Assembly (NCBI GenBank): GCA_021108075.1
Contig: JAIORP010000029.1
Coordinates: 10,311-74,310 of the forward strand
Source of the DNA: Candidatus Omnitrophota bacterium
Lineage (GTDB): Bacteria > Omnitrophota > Gorgyraeia > Zapsychrales > Zapsychraceae
Direction: 5' to 3'
Length of the DNA stretch: 64,000 bases
Shown here: piece by piece, positions 1 through 9,226 of the stretch
Layout: every line of letters begins with the position of its first letter
Numbering within the stretch: position 1 is the first letter of the stretch
Position numbers and translations under genes: made by a program
Notes under the pieces: generated by a model
Seen by the model: only the letters and a program-made list of their open reading frames with translations
Database searches by the model: none
Told to the model about the DNA's origin: nothing

Positions 1-776
1 TCACTCCCGCAGAAGAGATTGAACTCGCCAAGAAAGTCCAGAAAGGCGATAAAAAGGCGCGTGATCGAATGATTCGGTCAAATTTGCGTTTGGTTATCAG
101 CATTGCCAAACGTTATGTCAATTTAGGTGTTCCCTTGAGTGATTTGATCGAAGAGGGGAATATCGGGTTGATGAAAAGTGTTGAAAAGTTTGATCCCGAT
201 AGAGGTTTCCGCTTCTCAACTTATGCTGCCTGGTGGATTAAGCAGGGCATTTCTCGGGCGATCATTGATCAGGGTAAAATGATCCGCGTCCCGGTCTACA
301 TGAATGAAGAAATCTTGAAATACAAGAAAGTTGTGGAGAAGTTAACTCATAAGCTTAACCGTAGACCACGGTTGGGTGAAGTGGCCAAGAAAATGAAAGT
401 GCCCGTTAATAAAATCCGTGAATTGGAAAATGCTATCGCGCGTATGTCTAGTCTCGATGCCCCGATCGGTGAAGATGGGGATGGCCAGGTTAAAGATATT
501 ATTGAAGATGAAAATATTATTGCCCCGGATGAAGAGTTAGAAGCCTTCTTTACCAAAGAAAGAGCGATGGGTTTTCTTGATATGCTCAATGAAAGGGAGC
601 GCAAAATTTTGGATATGCGTTATGGCTTATCCGACGGCGACTCACACACCTTGTCTGAGATCGCTAAAGTCCTGGGAATTTCCCGTGAGCGTGTCCGCCA
701 GATTGAAGCGGCCACAATTAAAAAGATTCGGCGCATTATTGAAGACCAAAAGAAAAATGAGCACGAAGACCTCTGA
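1..776 (+). CDS. RNA polymerase sigma-70 family factor (RpoD/RpoS-like), 5' end outside the window
   Basis: Frame is open to the window start (TPAEEIELAKK, region 1.2). Region 2 motifs NLRLVISIAKRY, DLIEEGNIGLMK and RGFRFSTYAAWWIKQ; region 4 HTH ISRERVRQIE. Confidence 0.93.
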   Translation, partial: TPAEEIELAKKVQKGDKKARDRMIRSNLRLVISIAKRYVNLGVPLSDLIEEGNIGLMKSVEKFDPDRGFRFSTYAAWWIKQGISRAIIDQGKMIRVPVYMNEEILKYKKVVEKLTHKLNRRPRLGEVAKKMKVPVNKIRELENAIARMSSLDAPIGEDGDGQVKDIIEDENIIAPDEELEAFFTKERAMGFLDMLNERERKILDMRYGLSDGDSHTLSEIAKVLGISRERVRQIEAATIKKIRRIIEDQKKNEHEDL

Positions 777-856
777 TCTCTCAAAAGCCTTACTATATTA
801 TTTTTATCGCGACACTTTCTTTAAATATTAATCACTCTTAATTTAGGATGTTTCTA

Positions 857-1390
857 ATGGTCGAAACGATTAAAAAAAGTGAATTGAAAAATTATATTCG
901 GGATATTCGTGACTTTCCAAAAGAAGGAATTCTTTTTAAAGATATCACAACCCTGTTGAAAGATAAGGACGCTTTTAAAAAGGCTGTCGACCTGATGGCC
1001 AAGAAATATAAAAAAGCAGGCGTCGATTATGTCGTTGGGGTTGAAGCCCGTGGTTTCATTTTTGGCGCTGCGGTTGCCTATAAACTCGGCGTGGGATTTG
1101 TGCCTGTCCGCAAGAAAGGCAAATTGCCGGCCAGAATAAGCGCGATCACGTATGATTTAGAATATGGCACAGACACTCTGGAAATTCATGAAGATGCCAT
1201 CCCGGCTAAGTCCAAGGTTCTTATTGTGGACGACCTTTTAGCAACTGGCGGCACGATTCGGGCTGTAGCCGATTTATTGAAAAATTTAAAAGCGGATACC
1301 ATTGGGGCAGCGTTTTTAATTGAATTGCGTTTTCTGAAAGGAAAAAAGAAACTGCAAGACTTAAATCTTTTTTCGTTATTGAAATACTGA
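857..1390 (+). CDS. apt: adenine phosphoribosyltransferase
   Basis: Motifs DFPKEGILFKDIT, EARGFIFG, RKKGKLP, YDLEYG and the PRPP-binding VDDLLATGGT. Start placed at ATG 857 after AGGA; 848 is an alternative. Confidence 0.95.
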   Translation: MVETIKKSELKNYIRDIRDFPKEGILFKDITTLLKDKDAFKKAVDLMAKKYKKAGVDYVVGVEARGFIFGAAVAYKLGVGFVPVRKKGKLPARISAITYDLEYGTDTLEIHEDAIPAKSKVLIVDDLLATGGTIRAVADLLKNLKADTIGAAFLIELRFLKGKKKLQDLNLFSLLKY

Positions 1391-1472
1391 TACCAAAACC
1401 GATTTTATTTTTTTGACGCTAATGTAAAAATATCAGAATTGAGATAGAACAATTCATTAATGGATCTGGTAT
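1390..1472 (+). repeat. MITE-like dispersed repeat family A, copy 1 (lacks outer left arm)
   Basis: ATACCAAAACCGATTTT...TCAGAATTGAGATAGAACAATTCATTAATGGATCTGGTAT; matches copies at 18767, 32810, 44257 and 57301. Confidence 0.85.
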
Positions 1473-1648
1473 GATGTGATCTCAGTGTCAAATGGATGCC
1501 GTTTATTGACGGAATAAATTCTCAATCACATTTTTTTTTGTCTGAGATCGGGTGTGAGTTGTAAAGATTGTTTTTTTATTGTTTTATGTTTGCCAGAAAT
1601 TCCTTCCATCCGTCGGCTGTTAAACAACCAAAAAGTATTTGATACAAA

Positions 1649-4063
1649 ATGCGTTTAAGACAAAATCACATTATTTGTTTTTTTATATTGATCATTACTT
1701 TTTTCGCTTTTCTGCCCGCCTTGAGCGGTGAATTCCTGCTTTGGGATGATGATACCCATGTTTTGAATAATCGTTACGTGTCCTCTTTGTCGTTTGACAG
1801 TGTGAAGGGGATGTTCACAAGCCGCGTGAATGATATTTATATCCCATTAACGACGTTTGTTTTCGCGCTGGAATATCATTTCGCTCAATTTAATCCCATC
1901 GTTTTTCATTGTGTGAATCTTTTTCTGCATCTAGGTGTTTGTGTTCTTGTTTTCTGGTTGGCTTTGCGATTAAGGCTTTCTACCGTCGGGGCCTGTGTCG
2001 CCACTCTGATTTTTGCCGTGCATCCGATGCGGGTTGAATCTGTCGTGTGGATCACAGAGCTTAAAGATGTGCTCTACGCGTTTTTTTATTTGGCCGCGGT
2101 CCATGCGTATCTCAATTATTTGCGATATCCTTTTCAGGATAAAAAACTGAAGCCCAAACCGGCAATGGGTTGGTTGGTCTGGACGATTGTGTTTGGGAGT
2201 TTGAGTGTTTTGGCCAAGCCAATGGCTTTAAGCTTACCCTTAATTTTGTTGTTGCTGGATTGGTTTTTAGAGCGGGATCTCAGCCGCCGTTATTTTTTCG
2301 AGAAGATATGGGTGGCCATACCTGTCTGGGGGATCACATTGTGCACGTATTTAGCGCATGCCCGGTTGCCGTCTGAAACCAGTTTTCCCGGGGGCCTGAT
2401 CTGGATCTGGTCCTTTGTTTTTTACTGGACGCAGTTTTTTATCCCGGTCTACAACGTGCCGATTTATGAACTGCCCCAACCGATCGACCTTGGTGTTTAT
2501 GAGTACTACATTTCCGTGATGGCTTTTATACTTATTTTGTATTCTTTCTGGCGTTTCCGTCGGAACAAATGGTATATCTTTGCGGTCGGGTATTTCTTTT
2601 TCTCGATTTTCTTTTTGCTGCGATGGGACGCGGGCTACGACACCAATATGATCGCTGACCGTTTTATGTATTTGCCGGGTCTGGGATTTTGTCTCTTGCT
2701 TGGCAAATGGCTGGACGAGTTCTGGTATGAACGAAGACGAAGAAAGACTGCTTTGGTTCTGAGCGTTTGCGTTGTCGGCTTTTTATTTGCGCGCACCAAT
2801 CAACTCAGCCGGGTTTGGCGGACCAGTGAGTCCCTGTGGGACCATGAGTTAAAATATTATCCGACCCAACACGTCGCATTGACCAATAAGGCTAATGTTT
2901 TGTTAGAGCAGGAAGCGTATCAAGGCGCCTTGCGCGAGTCGCGTGATATCTTCGCCCGGCAGGCCCGGGGCGAGTTGAAGGATCTTGATCCTGAGCAGCG
3001 TCAGGTGCTTGGGAAAGTTTATTATCTGCGCCATCTTTATCGCTCCGCCATTAAAAGCAATCCGGAGTCTTATGACGCGAAATACAATCTGGCCCATTTG
3101 TACCGGGAGATGGGAAAGAACAGCAAGGCCATTGATCTTTACCGAAACATTATCGAAAAAAGTCCCGCCTATGAAGACGCTTATTTTGCTCTGGGGGATA
3201 TGTACCTGGTTGCGAATCGTGTGGAAGAGGCGTTAGGTATTTATCAACGGATTCTGTCACTTTGGAAGAAAGAGGAACGGTTTTATGTCGCTGTGGTCCT
3301 GGCCTTGAGTGAGCAGAGACATTTAGAAAATAAAGACAAACATCTGGTGCAGGCCATGCGCCTTGAGGTGCTTGAAAATTATATCGCCTTGATCAATGCC
3401 AAGCCGATCCAGACCGAATCGTATAAAAAATTAGGACTGATTTACCTCAGTGTAGGGGAAGACAACAGAGCGGTTTCAGCCCTGCAGGCTGTGCTGGATG
3501 AAAGACCGCGGGATATCGATGCGTTAATGTATCTCGGGCAGGTTTTTCGTAATCAGGGCCGGTTCAGGGATGCCTTGGGAACTTTTAAAAAGGTTTATGC
3601 CCTTGATCCTCAGCACATCGACGCCTTGTTCCAGCAGGGTGTCACTTATTTCCGCATGAATGATTTTGACCAGGCCCAGAAAATTTTTTTGGAGGTGACA
3701 GGCCTTCAGCCGGACCATGGCCGGGCCTATTATAATTTGGGGTATATTGCTGAAAAGACCAGCGCGCTCAAGGATGCCATGCAGTGGTATCAGAAGGCTG
3801 TCGAGCATGATCCGCGCAATCCAGAGGCCTATTACAATTTAGGGAATGTTTACGCTGTCCTGGAAATGCATTCTAAATCCAGGTTCTATTACCGACAGGC
3901 ACTGGATATGAATCCCGGGTATACGGACGCTGCGGTAAATTTATCCACGATTTATTATCTGGACGGTGATTTTACCCGGGCCTTGCAATATTTGGATGAG
4001 GCCGTTAAACTAGGGTATCAGCCCCCGGCTGAATACTTACAAATTTTAACCCCCTATCGGTAG
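1649..4063 (+). CDS. TMTC-like GT-C membrane glycosyltransferase with C-terminal TPR array
   Basis: Multi-TM N-terminal half with WDDD, HPMRVESVVWI, KPMA and ADRFMYLP motifs typical of TMTC/DUF1736 proteins, followed by many TPR repeats (e.g. AYYNLG). Confidence 0.8.
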   Translation: MRLRQNHIICFFILIITFFAFLPALSGEFLLWDDDTHVLNNRYVSSLSFDSVKGMFTSRVNDIYIPLTTFVFALEYHFAQFNPIVFHCVNLFLHLGVCVLVFWLALRLRLSTVGACVATLIFAVHPMRVESVVWITELKDVLYAFFYLAAVHAYLNYLRYPFQDKKLKPKPAMGWLVWTIVFGSLSVLAKPMALSLPLILLLLDWFLERDLSRRYFFEKIWVAIPVWGITLCTYLAHARLPSETSFPGGLIWIWSFVFYWTQFFIPVYNVPIYELPQPIDLGVYEYYISVMAFILILYSFWRFRRNKWYIFAVGYFFFSIFFLLRWDAGYDTNMIADRFMYLPGLGFCLLLGKWLDEFWYERRRRKTALVLSVCVVGFLFARTNQLSRVWRTSESLWDHELKYYPTQHVALTNKANVLLEQEAYQGALRESRDIFARQARGELKDLDPEQRQVLGKVYYLRHLYRSAIKSNPESYDAKYNLAHLYREMGKNSKAIDLYRNIIEKSPAYEDAYFALGDMYLVANRVEEALGIYQRILSLWKKEERFYVAVVLALSEQRHLENKDKHLVQAMRLEVLENYIALINAKPIQTESYKKLGLIYLSVGEDNRAVSALQAVLDERPRDIDALMYLGQVFRNQGRFRDALGTFKKVYALDPQHIDALFQQGVTYFRMNDFDQAQKIFLEVTGLQPDHGRAYYNLGYIAEKTSALKDAMQWYQKAVEHDPRNPEAYYNLGNVYAVLEMHSKSRFYYRQALDMNPGYTDAAVNLSTIYYLDGDFTRALQYLDEAVKLGYQPPAEYLQILTPYR

Positions 4064-4083
4064 ATGTTGTTTTTCCACTTAAT

Positions 4084-4157
4084 GCGCCTATAGCTCAGAT
4101 GGATAGAGCGCGGCCCTCCTAAGGCCGGCGTGGGAGGTTCGAGTCCTCCTAGGCGCA
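4084..4157 (+). tRNA. tRNA-Arg (anticodon CCT), CCA not encoded
   Basis: Acceptor stem GCGCCTA/TAGGCGC, D-arm AGCTCAGATGGATAGAGC, anticodon arm CGGCC-CT[CCT]AA-GGCCG, T-loop GTTCGAGTC. Confidence 0.95.
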
Positions 4158-4476
4158 TTCTTTTTTCATGAAGGTTCCGCGGCTTTAGCGAAGCAGTACA
4201 AAGCTTTGTTCATATCGCCTACGCGAAGCGGAATTTGTTCCCGCGTCGCTTCAGGCATTAACCCGGAAGCGACACAAAATTATTACCCGCTGTATTCCTG
4301 ACATATCAGGCTGAATGAGAACAGAATTTGTCAGAGGTGATCTTCATGCCAATTTCAGTCCTGGATTGAAGATTTCCTGTCGGCCTGTTGGACTTGAATT
4401 TTGAATTCGCGTAGAGCACGAAAAAGAGAATTCTCTGGCACCTGTATTCGGCATGGATCCCGATTGTATTCAGTCG

Positions 4477-4522
4477 TTTAATGGAGTGAATTCCTCTGAG
4501 CTCTGCTCCGAGGAGATTCACT
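4477..4522. repeat. REP-like palindromic repeat family B, copy 1
   Basis: TTTAATGGAGTGAATTCCTCTGAGCTCTGCTCCGAGGAGATTCACT forms a hairpin; a near-identical copy starts at 11322. Confidence 0.75.
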
Positions 4523-4990
4523 TTTGATGAATTTGAGTGAAATTATCGACTGGAAACCGGAAAAACGCGAAAAATTGTCGATTTTGGTCTGTGAGCTTAT
4601 ACAAAGAGGATACGGGATCTTAACTGGACATTAATTACGATAATCGTATATACTTCAAGTATTTATAGGAATTCAGTTATATTGTTTTTTTCAGGAAAAC
4701 CCTTTCCCGACGAGGTAAAATTTAGAAAAATGCCTGTTGTTAGGCTGATTAGTCCATTATAAAAATAATCTTAATAATTGTTGACACTGGAAGGCTCATG
4801 TGTAAAAATGTGTCGTATTTTTACATAATCCAGAGATGATTCTAATTAGACTCAGAAAGGGGGGAGGAAAATTTAAGGTCGGGGTCATCAAGAAACTGGC
4901 ATAGTTTCGAAAGTAACCGGGATAGTTGAGTTGTTTTATCTTGGCCTATATAGATTTATAAAGCAAAATTTTTACTTTAAGGAGAATCAA

Positions 4991-6406
4991 ATGAGAAAAA
5001 GTATACTTTTGGCAATGATCATGGTCGCCTTTGTGGCCATGCCGGCATTTGCTAGTGTACAAAACATTAAAATCAGTGGTGGGGTTGATTCCTACTGGGC
5101 ATACCGTGAAGACTTCGATTTCGGTTATGAAGCAACCACAATCGGTGGGGACAAAATTCAAAACATATTCTTCACCATCACGAGCTTACAAGTCGATGCG
5201 GACTTAACCGACAACGTGACAGCAACAATCGCGTTAGTTAATGAAAGGGCCTGGGGTAATGATACTGATGCTACTCGAGGGCTTTCAAATTCAGGGGCTC
5301 AAACTGACGTTGAAATTGACCTCGCGTTTGTCACACTAAGAGAAATGCTTTATTCACCATTAACACTGGTTATCGGTCGTCAAAGATTACCAAAGTACGG
5401 TAATGGTTTAATCGTATCCAAGGGTACAGGCGTCGGCAATTCAAATTTAACCGATGTCGTCCAGGACTACCGTGGGATCAAGGCTATGGACGCCATCCGC
5501 GCTATTCTGGATTATGATCCGTTAACCGTTGAAATCATCTATGGTAAATTCGATTCTAACACAGTCGCGGGTGCTTCTGAGGAAGACGATGATGTCGATC
5601 TTTACGGCATCCAGACCGCTTATGAATTAGGCGATGACATGAACACATTGGTCGAAGCTTATTTCTGGGCAAAAATCAACAAAGAAACAACACAAGCAGC
5701 TGCAAATTGTGATCTTAAACCTGACACAGTTTATACACCTGGTTTACGCGCCAGCACAACCCCGATCGAAGGTTTAACCGTGTCCGGGGAAATCGCGATG
5801 CAATCAGGAACCAAAGTTATCAGTACCGCAAGAGATGCAGAAAATCAAAAACGAAAAGCCATGGCCGCTGAATTCATGGCCACGTATCAAGTTCCTGTGG
5901 CTGAAGATTATAATCCGGTTGTTTCTTATGATTATATTTATGCTTCAGGGGATAGCAACCCAGCAGATGAAACATCATCAGGTGAAGTTTCCAGAAATAA
6001 ATGGACGGCCTGGGATCCAATGCTTGAAGGCACATTAGGCGGAAGCAAGATTTTCAACGCCTTGTTCAGCTTAACAAACGTGCATGTTCATTCTTTTTCA
6101 TTGCAAGCCAATCCGATGGAAGACGTGACTTCTAAGGTCGTTTTTTCAAAATATTGGTTAGATAAAGAAACAGACGGAACAGCATGGACATTAAACCGAA
6201 CAGATACTTCAGGTGCAGAAGTTGTCGGCGCGCAAGACGATGAAACAGACCTGGGTTATGCTGTTGATCTCTACACAACTTATGACTACACAGAAGATGT
6301 TTCTATCGGAGCATTAATGTCATGGTTCGTGCCAGGCGATGTCTTTAGTAAAGACAATCAAGACGCAGCTTCACAAGTTATGGTTGATGTTAATGTTGAT
6401 TTTTAA
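4991..6406 (+). CDS. outer-membrane beta-barrel protein, alginate-export (AlgE)-like family, paralog 1
   Basis: RBS AAGGAG before ATG 4991, signal peptide ending AFA, amphipathic strands, IGRQ motif and C-terminal Phe. Confidence 0.7.
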   Translation: MRKSILLAMIMVAFVAMPAFASVQNIKISGGVDSYWAYREDFDFGYEATTIGGDKIQNIFFTITSLQVDADLTDNVTATIALVNERAWGNDTDATRGLSNSGAQTDVEIDLAFVTLREMLYSPLTLVIGRQRLPKYGNGLIVSKGTGVGNSNLTDVVQDYRGIKAMDAIRAILDYDPLTVEIIYGKFDSNTVAGASEEDDDVDLYGIQTAYELGDDMNTLVEAYFWAKINKETTQAAANCDLKPDTVYTPGLRASTTPIEGLTVSGEIAMQSGTKVISTARDAENQKRKAMAAEFMATYQVPVAEDYNPVVSYDYIYASGDSNPADETSSGEVSRNKWTAWDPMLEGTLGGSKIFNALFSLTNVHVHSFSLQANPMEDVTSKVVFSKYWLDKETDGTAWTLNRTDTSGAEVVGAQDDETDLGYAVDLYTTYDYTEDVSIGALMSWFVPGDVFSKDNQDAASQVMVDVNVDF

Positions 6407-6435
6407 TTAACGTTCATCCGTATTTGTTTATGTTT

Positions 6436-6472
6436 AATCCCCTGTTGCCTTTGGGCAGCAGGGGATTTTTTT
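6436..6472 (+). terminator. rho-independent terminator
   Basis: AATCCCCTGTTGCC-TTTG-GGCAGCAGGGGATT hairpin followed by a T run. Confidence 0.85.
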
Positions 6473-6812
6473 GTCCTCCTTCAGGCTCGTTCAGATTTTT
6501 CTGAACAACAAGTCTTTACTTTTCAACATGCCCATAGTTTGCGTATGTAATAAACGGTATAAGGTTGTAGGACTCTCTTAAGTGAGATAAGTATAAATGT
6601 ATTTAAACATTTGCGTTGTTTCCGTCGAGTCATGTATTAACGAAAAATAAATTGAAAAAATTCACAAAATTTATTGACCGCTTTTTATATGTATGCAAGA
6701 ATTCATGAAGTAATCAATTTATTTAAAGAAGCGTATTATTTTGATACAGATGTTGCTTGTCTTTCATATATATGTCAATAATTCAAATTGTATCTTCGGA
6801 GGAAAAACACAG

Positions 6813-8210
6813 ATGAAAAAAATTGGTTTAACAATTCTTATGTTGGCCGTAGCATCTACCTCAGCCTTTGCCGCTGTGCAAAATTTGAAAGTCAGTGGAA
6901 GTGTCCGCTCAACCTTTATTCATCGGGAAAATTTTGATCTGGGGAAAGCCCCGACAGGTGATGAAATCCAGGACATCTTCATTACCAATACCCATTTGCG
7001 GCTCGACGCCGACTTGACCGACAAAGTCTCGGCGACGATCGATTTGTTAAATGAACGGGCATGGGGTAATGACACGGCAAGCGCGGGGCTGGAGACCGGC
7101 GTGAAGATCAATCTGGCCTATGTGACCTTGCGTGAGATGCTTTATTCGCCATTGACGATTGTCGTCGGACGGCAGTTGCTCAGGTATGGTAACCAATTTG
7201 TTTTAGGGGAAAGCAAAGAACCTGTTTTTCCGCCGGGATCAAGCAATCTCAGTTTTGTGGCCTTTGATCAAAGTGACGTGGAATCCTTTGACGCGGTGAA
7301 GTTTATATTAGACTATCAACCTTTAACGATTGATATCTTCTATGCCAAGATAGATTCCAATACGGTCGCCGGGGCCTCTGAAGACGATGATGATATCGAC
7401 TTTTATGGGATCTATTCCGTGTATGATTTTGAGAATGTGGCCAAGACCAAGATTGACGCCTATTTTCTGGCTAAGATTGATAAGTATGTCGCGAATAACG
7501 CATCTCCAGCGCCGGCAACAGGTATTAAACCGGATACAATTTACATGCCGGGTTTTCGGGTCAGCAGCGGTTTAGCCGAAGGCTTGTGGACCTCGCTTGA
7601 GGTTGTCTGGGAAAGGGGGAATAAAGTTTTGAACAGTGCTACTCCGGCGGAGAACCAAAGGCGCGAGGCCTTTGCGACACAGTTATTGACTTTTTACCAG
7701 CTGCCGGTCCTGAAAGACTATAAACCCGCCCTTATCCATGAATTTACATATACAACCGGGGATAGTAATAAAACGGATACCGCTTATTCCGGAGAAGTTT
7801 CAAGAAATGTCTTCACCGCCTGGGACCGTCTGTACGAAGATCAGGATAATGGTTCGATCTTGAACACGATTGTTTCTTTATCGAACGCAGTGGCGCACAC
7901 CGTTGCCTTTCAGTTTTATCCTGTGGAAGAGTTAAAGACGGTTATCGCCTGGACCGGTCTATGGACGAACACGCCGATTTATTCCGCTTCAGAAATCATT
8001 GCCCAGCCTGACGGCTTTAACGTCGTGACGTTGACCCCGGGTCAACGTGAGATCGGTTATGAAATCGATTTGTTCATGTATTATCAATACACCGAAGATG
8101 TGGAATTTAATCTTTCGCTTGGTTGGGTCATCCTTGGTGATGCTGTCAATGATACGGCTAATCCGAACGGGCCGTTCCAGGTCCTGGCCGGGACGAAAGT
8201 TAATTTTTAG
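6813..8210 (+). CDS. outer-membrane beta-barrel protein, alginate-export (AlgE)-like family, paralog 2
   Basis: RBS GGAGG, signal peptide and C-terminal Phe. Shares DADLTD, NERAWGNDT, VTLREMLYSPLT, DSNTVAGASE, SGEVSRN and YTEDV with paralog 1. Confidence 0.7.
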   Translation: MKKIGLTILMLAVASTSAFAAVQNLKVSGSVRSTFIHRENFDLGKAPTGDEIQDIFITNTHLRLDADLTDKVSATIDLLNERAWGNDTASAGLETGVKINLAYVTLREMLYSPLTIVVGRQLLRYGNQFVLGESKEPVFPPGSSNLSFVAFDQSDVESFDAVKFILDYQPLTIDIFYAKIDSNTVAGASEDDDDIDFYGIYSVYDFENVAKTKIDAYFLAKIDKYVANNASPAPATGIKPDTIYMPGFRVSSGLAEGLWTSLEVVWERGNKVLNSATPAENQRREAFATQLLTFYQLPVLKDYKPALIHEFTYTTGDSNKTDTAYSGEVSRNVFTAWDRLYEDQDNGSILNTIVSLSNAVAHTVAFQFYPVEELKTVIAWTGLWTNTPIYSASEIIAQPDGFNVVTLTPGQREIGYEIDLFMYYQYTEDVEFNLSLGWVILGDAVNDTANPNGPFQVLAGTKVNF

Positions 8211-8261
8211 TAAAATTTTAACTTGTTGATATTTAAAGGTTTAAACCTTTAATAAAATAGC

Positions 8262-8300
8262 ACAAAAGCATAAACGATTTAGCGTTTATGCTTTTGTTGT
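8262..8300 (+). terminator. probable intrinsic terminator hairpin
   Basis: 15-bp inverted repeat ACAAAAGCATAAACG / CGTTTATGCTTTTGT after paralog 2. Confidence 0.65.
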
Positions 8301-8536
8301 GTCTGGCCCTGCTGTCCGGGAAGTGTCCTGAAGTTTTTCATATTTTCGCAATTAACCTTTCTGGTCGGGATATTAAATTTTATTTTTTGTTTCTCGTCGA
8401 CAAAGTCATTTTTTTATGGCTAAAAAAATATGAAAATATGTTTTATTATGTATTTTAATTTGTTAAGATACACATAATAAGGATTAAAATAACATAAATA
8501 GCGAAACTAAGCATAAAAACGAGAGAGTTAGAACCC

Positions 8537-9124
8537 GTGTCCGATAAAATGAATAGAGATGAAATTTATGATCATTTAGCCCAGGTATATTTGGGTAAAA
8601 GAAAAGACGCGGATGTTAAGAGTAAAAAACAATATGATGTTTGGCTTCTGATTAACATTTTTATTATGGTCATTATTTTTGCCAGCGCAACGTATGGGTT
8701 GACAGCCTTTTTAACCCAAAAGAGGCCTGAGTTGCGCAGCAAAGTTATTTATACCCTCTATCAGGGGCCAATCCAAATTATGTACAACTTTAGGAATAGT
8801 GAGAACCCAACTAAAGAATTTACATTATCTGTTAAAAATATCGATGCGACGAAATACAAGAAATTAGTTTTTCACGCCCGCGCAAGAGAAGAAGGATCCC
8901 CGGGCATTGTCAAGGTTGTCTTAAGCAATCGAAGGAATGAAACCGCGCATTTTTATATCAGAGGTGTCGACCTGAAGTGGAAAAGTTATACGATCCCGTT
9001 TGAGGACTTTAAAGAAATTACGGATTGGAAAGGGTTGCAGAATATTTCCTTTGTGCTTGAAAGCTGGAATGTTGAGAAAGACAAAGGTGTCGTTCTCATT
9101 GAAGACATCGAATTTTCAGGGTGA
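8537..9124 (+). CDS. single-TM protein with C-terminal CBM11/CIA30-like (galactose-binding fold) domain
   Basis: One hydrophobic segment, then D-x-T-K-Y-K-K-L-V-F, WKSYTIPFEDF, ISFVL and a terminal G-x-V-x-I-E-D-I-E-F pattern typical of this fold. Confidence 0.55.
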   Translation: MSDKMNRDEIYDHLAQVYLGKRKDADVKSKKQYDVWLLINIFIMVIIFASATYGLTAFLTQKRPELRSKVIYTLYQGPIQIMYNFRNSENPTKEFTLSVKNIDATKYKKLVFHARAREEGSPGIVKVVLSNRRNETAHFYIRGVDLKWKSYTIPFEDFKEITDWKGLQNISFVLESWNVEKDKGVVLIEDIEFSG

Positions 9125-9226
9125 TAAATATTAATACGAAATTTCGTGTTAAATAGAATATTTATGATAGACAATTTAATAAAACGTGCGTGATTAACGT
9201 GCGCTGAAAAAAGGGGGCTCAGAAAG

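Noticed and set aside
4306-4521. 71-aa minus-strand ORF after tRNA-Arg
   Set aside because: It starts inside the family B palindrome and has no protein-like features.
4897-4913. Sigma-54 promoter (TGGCAT...) before porin 1
   Set aside because: The -12 TTGC element is missing (the sequence reads TTTCGAA).
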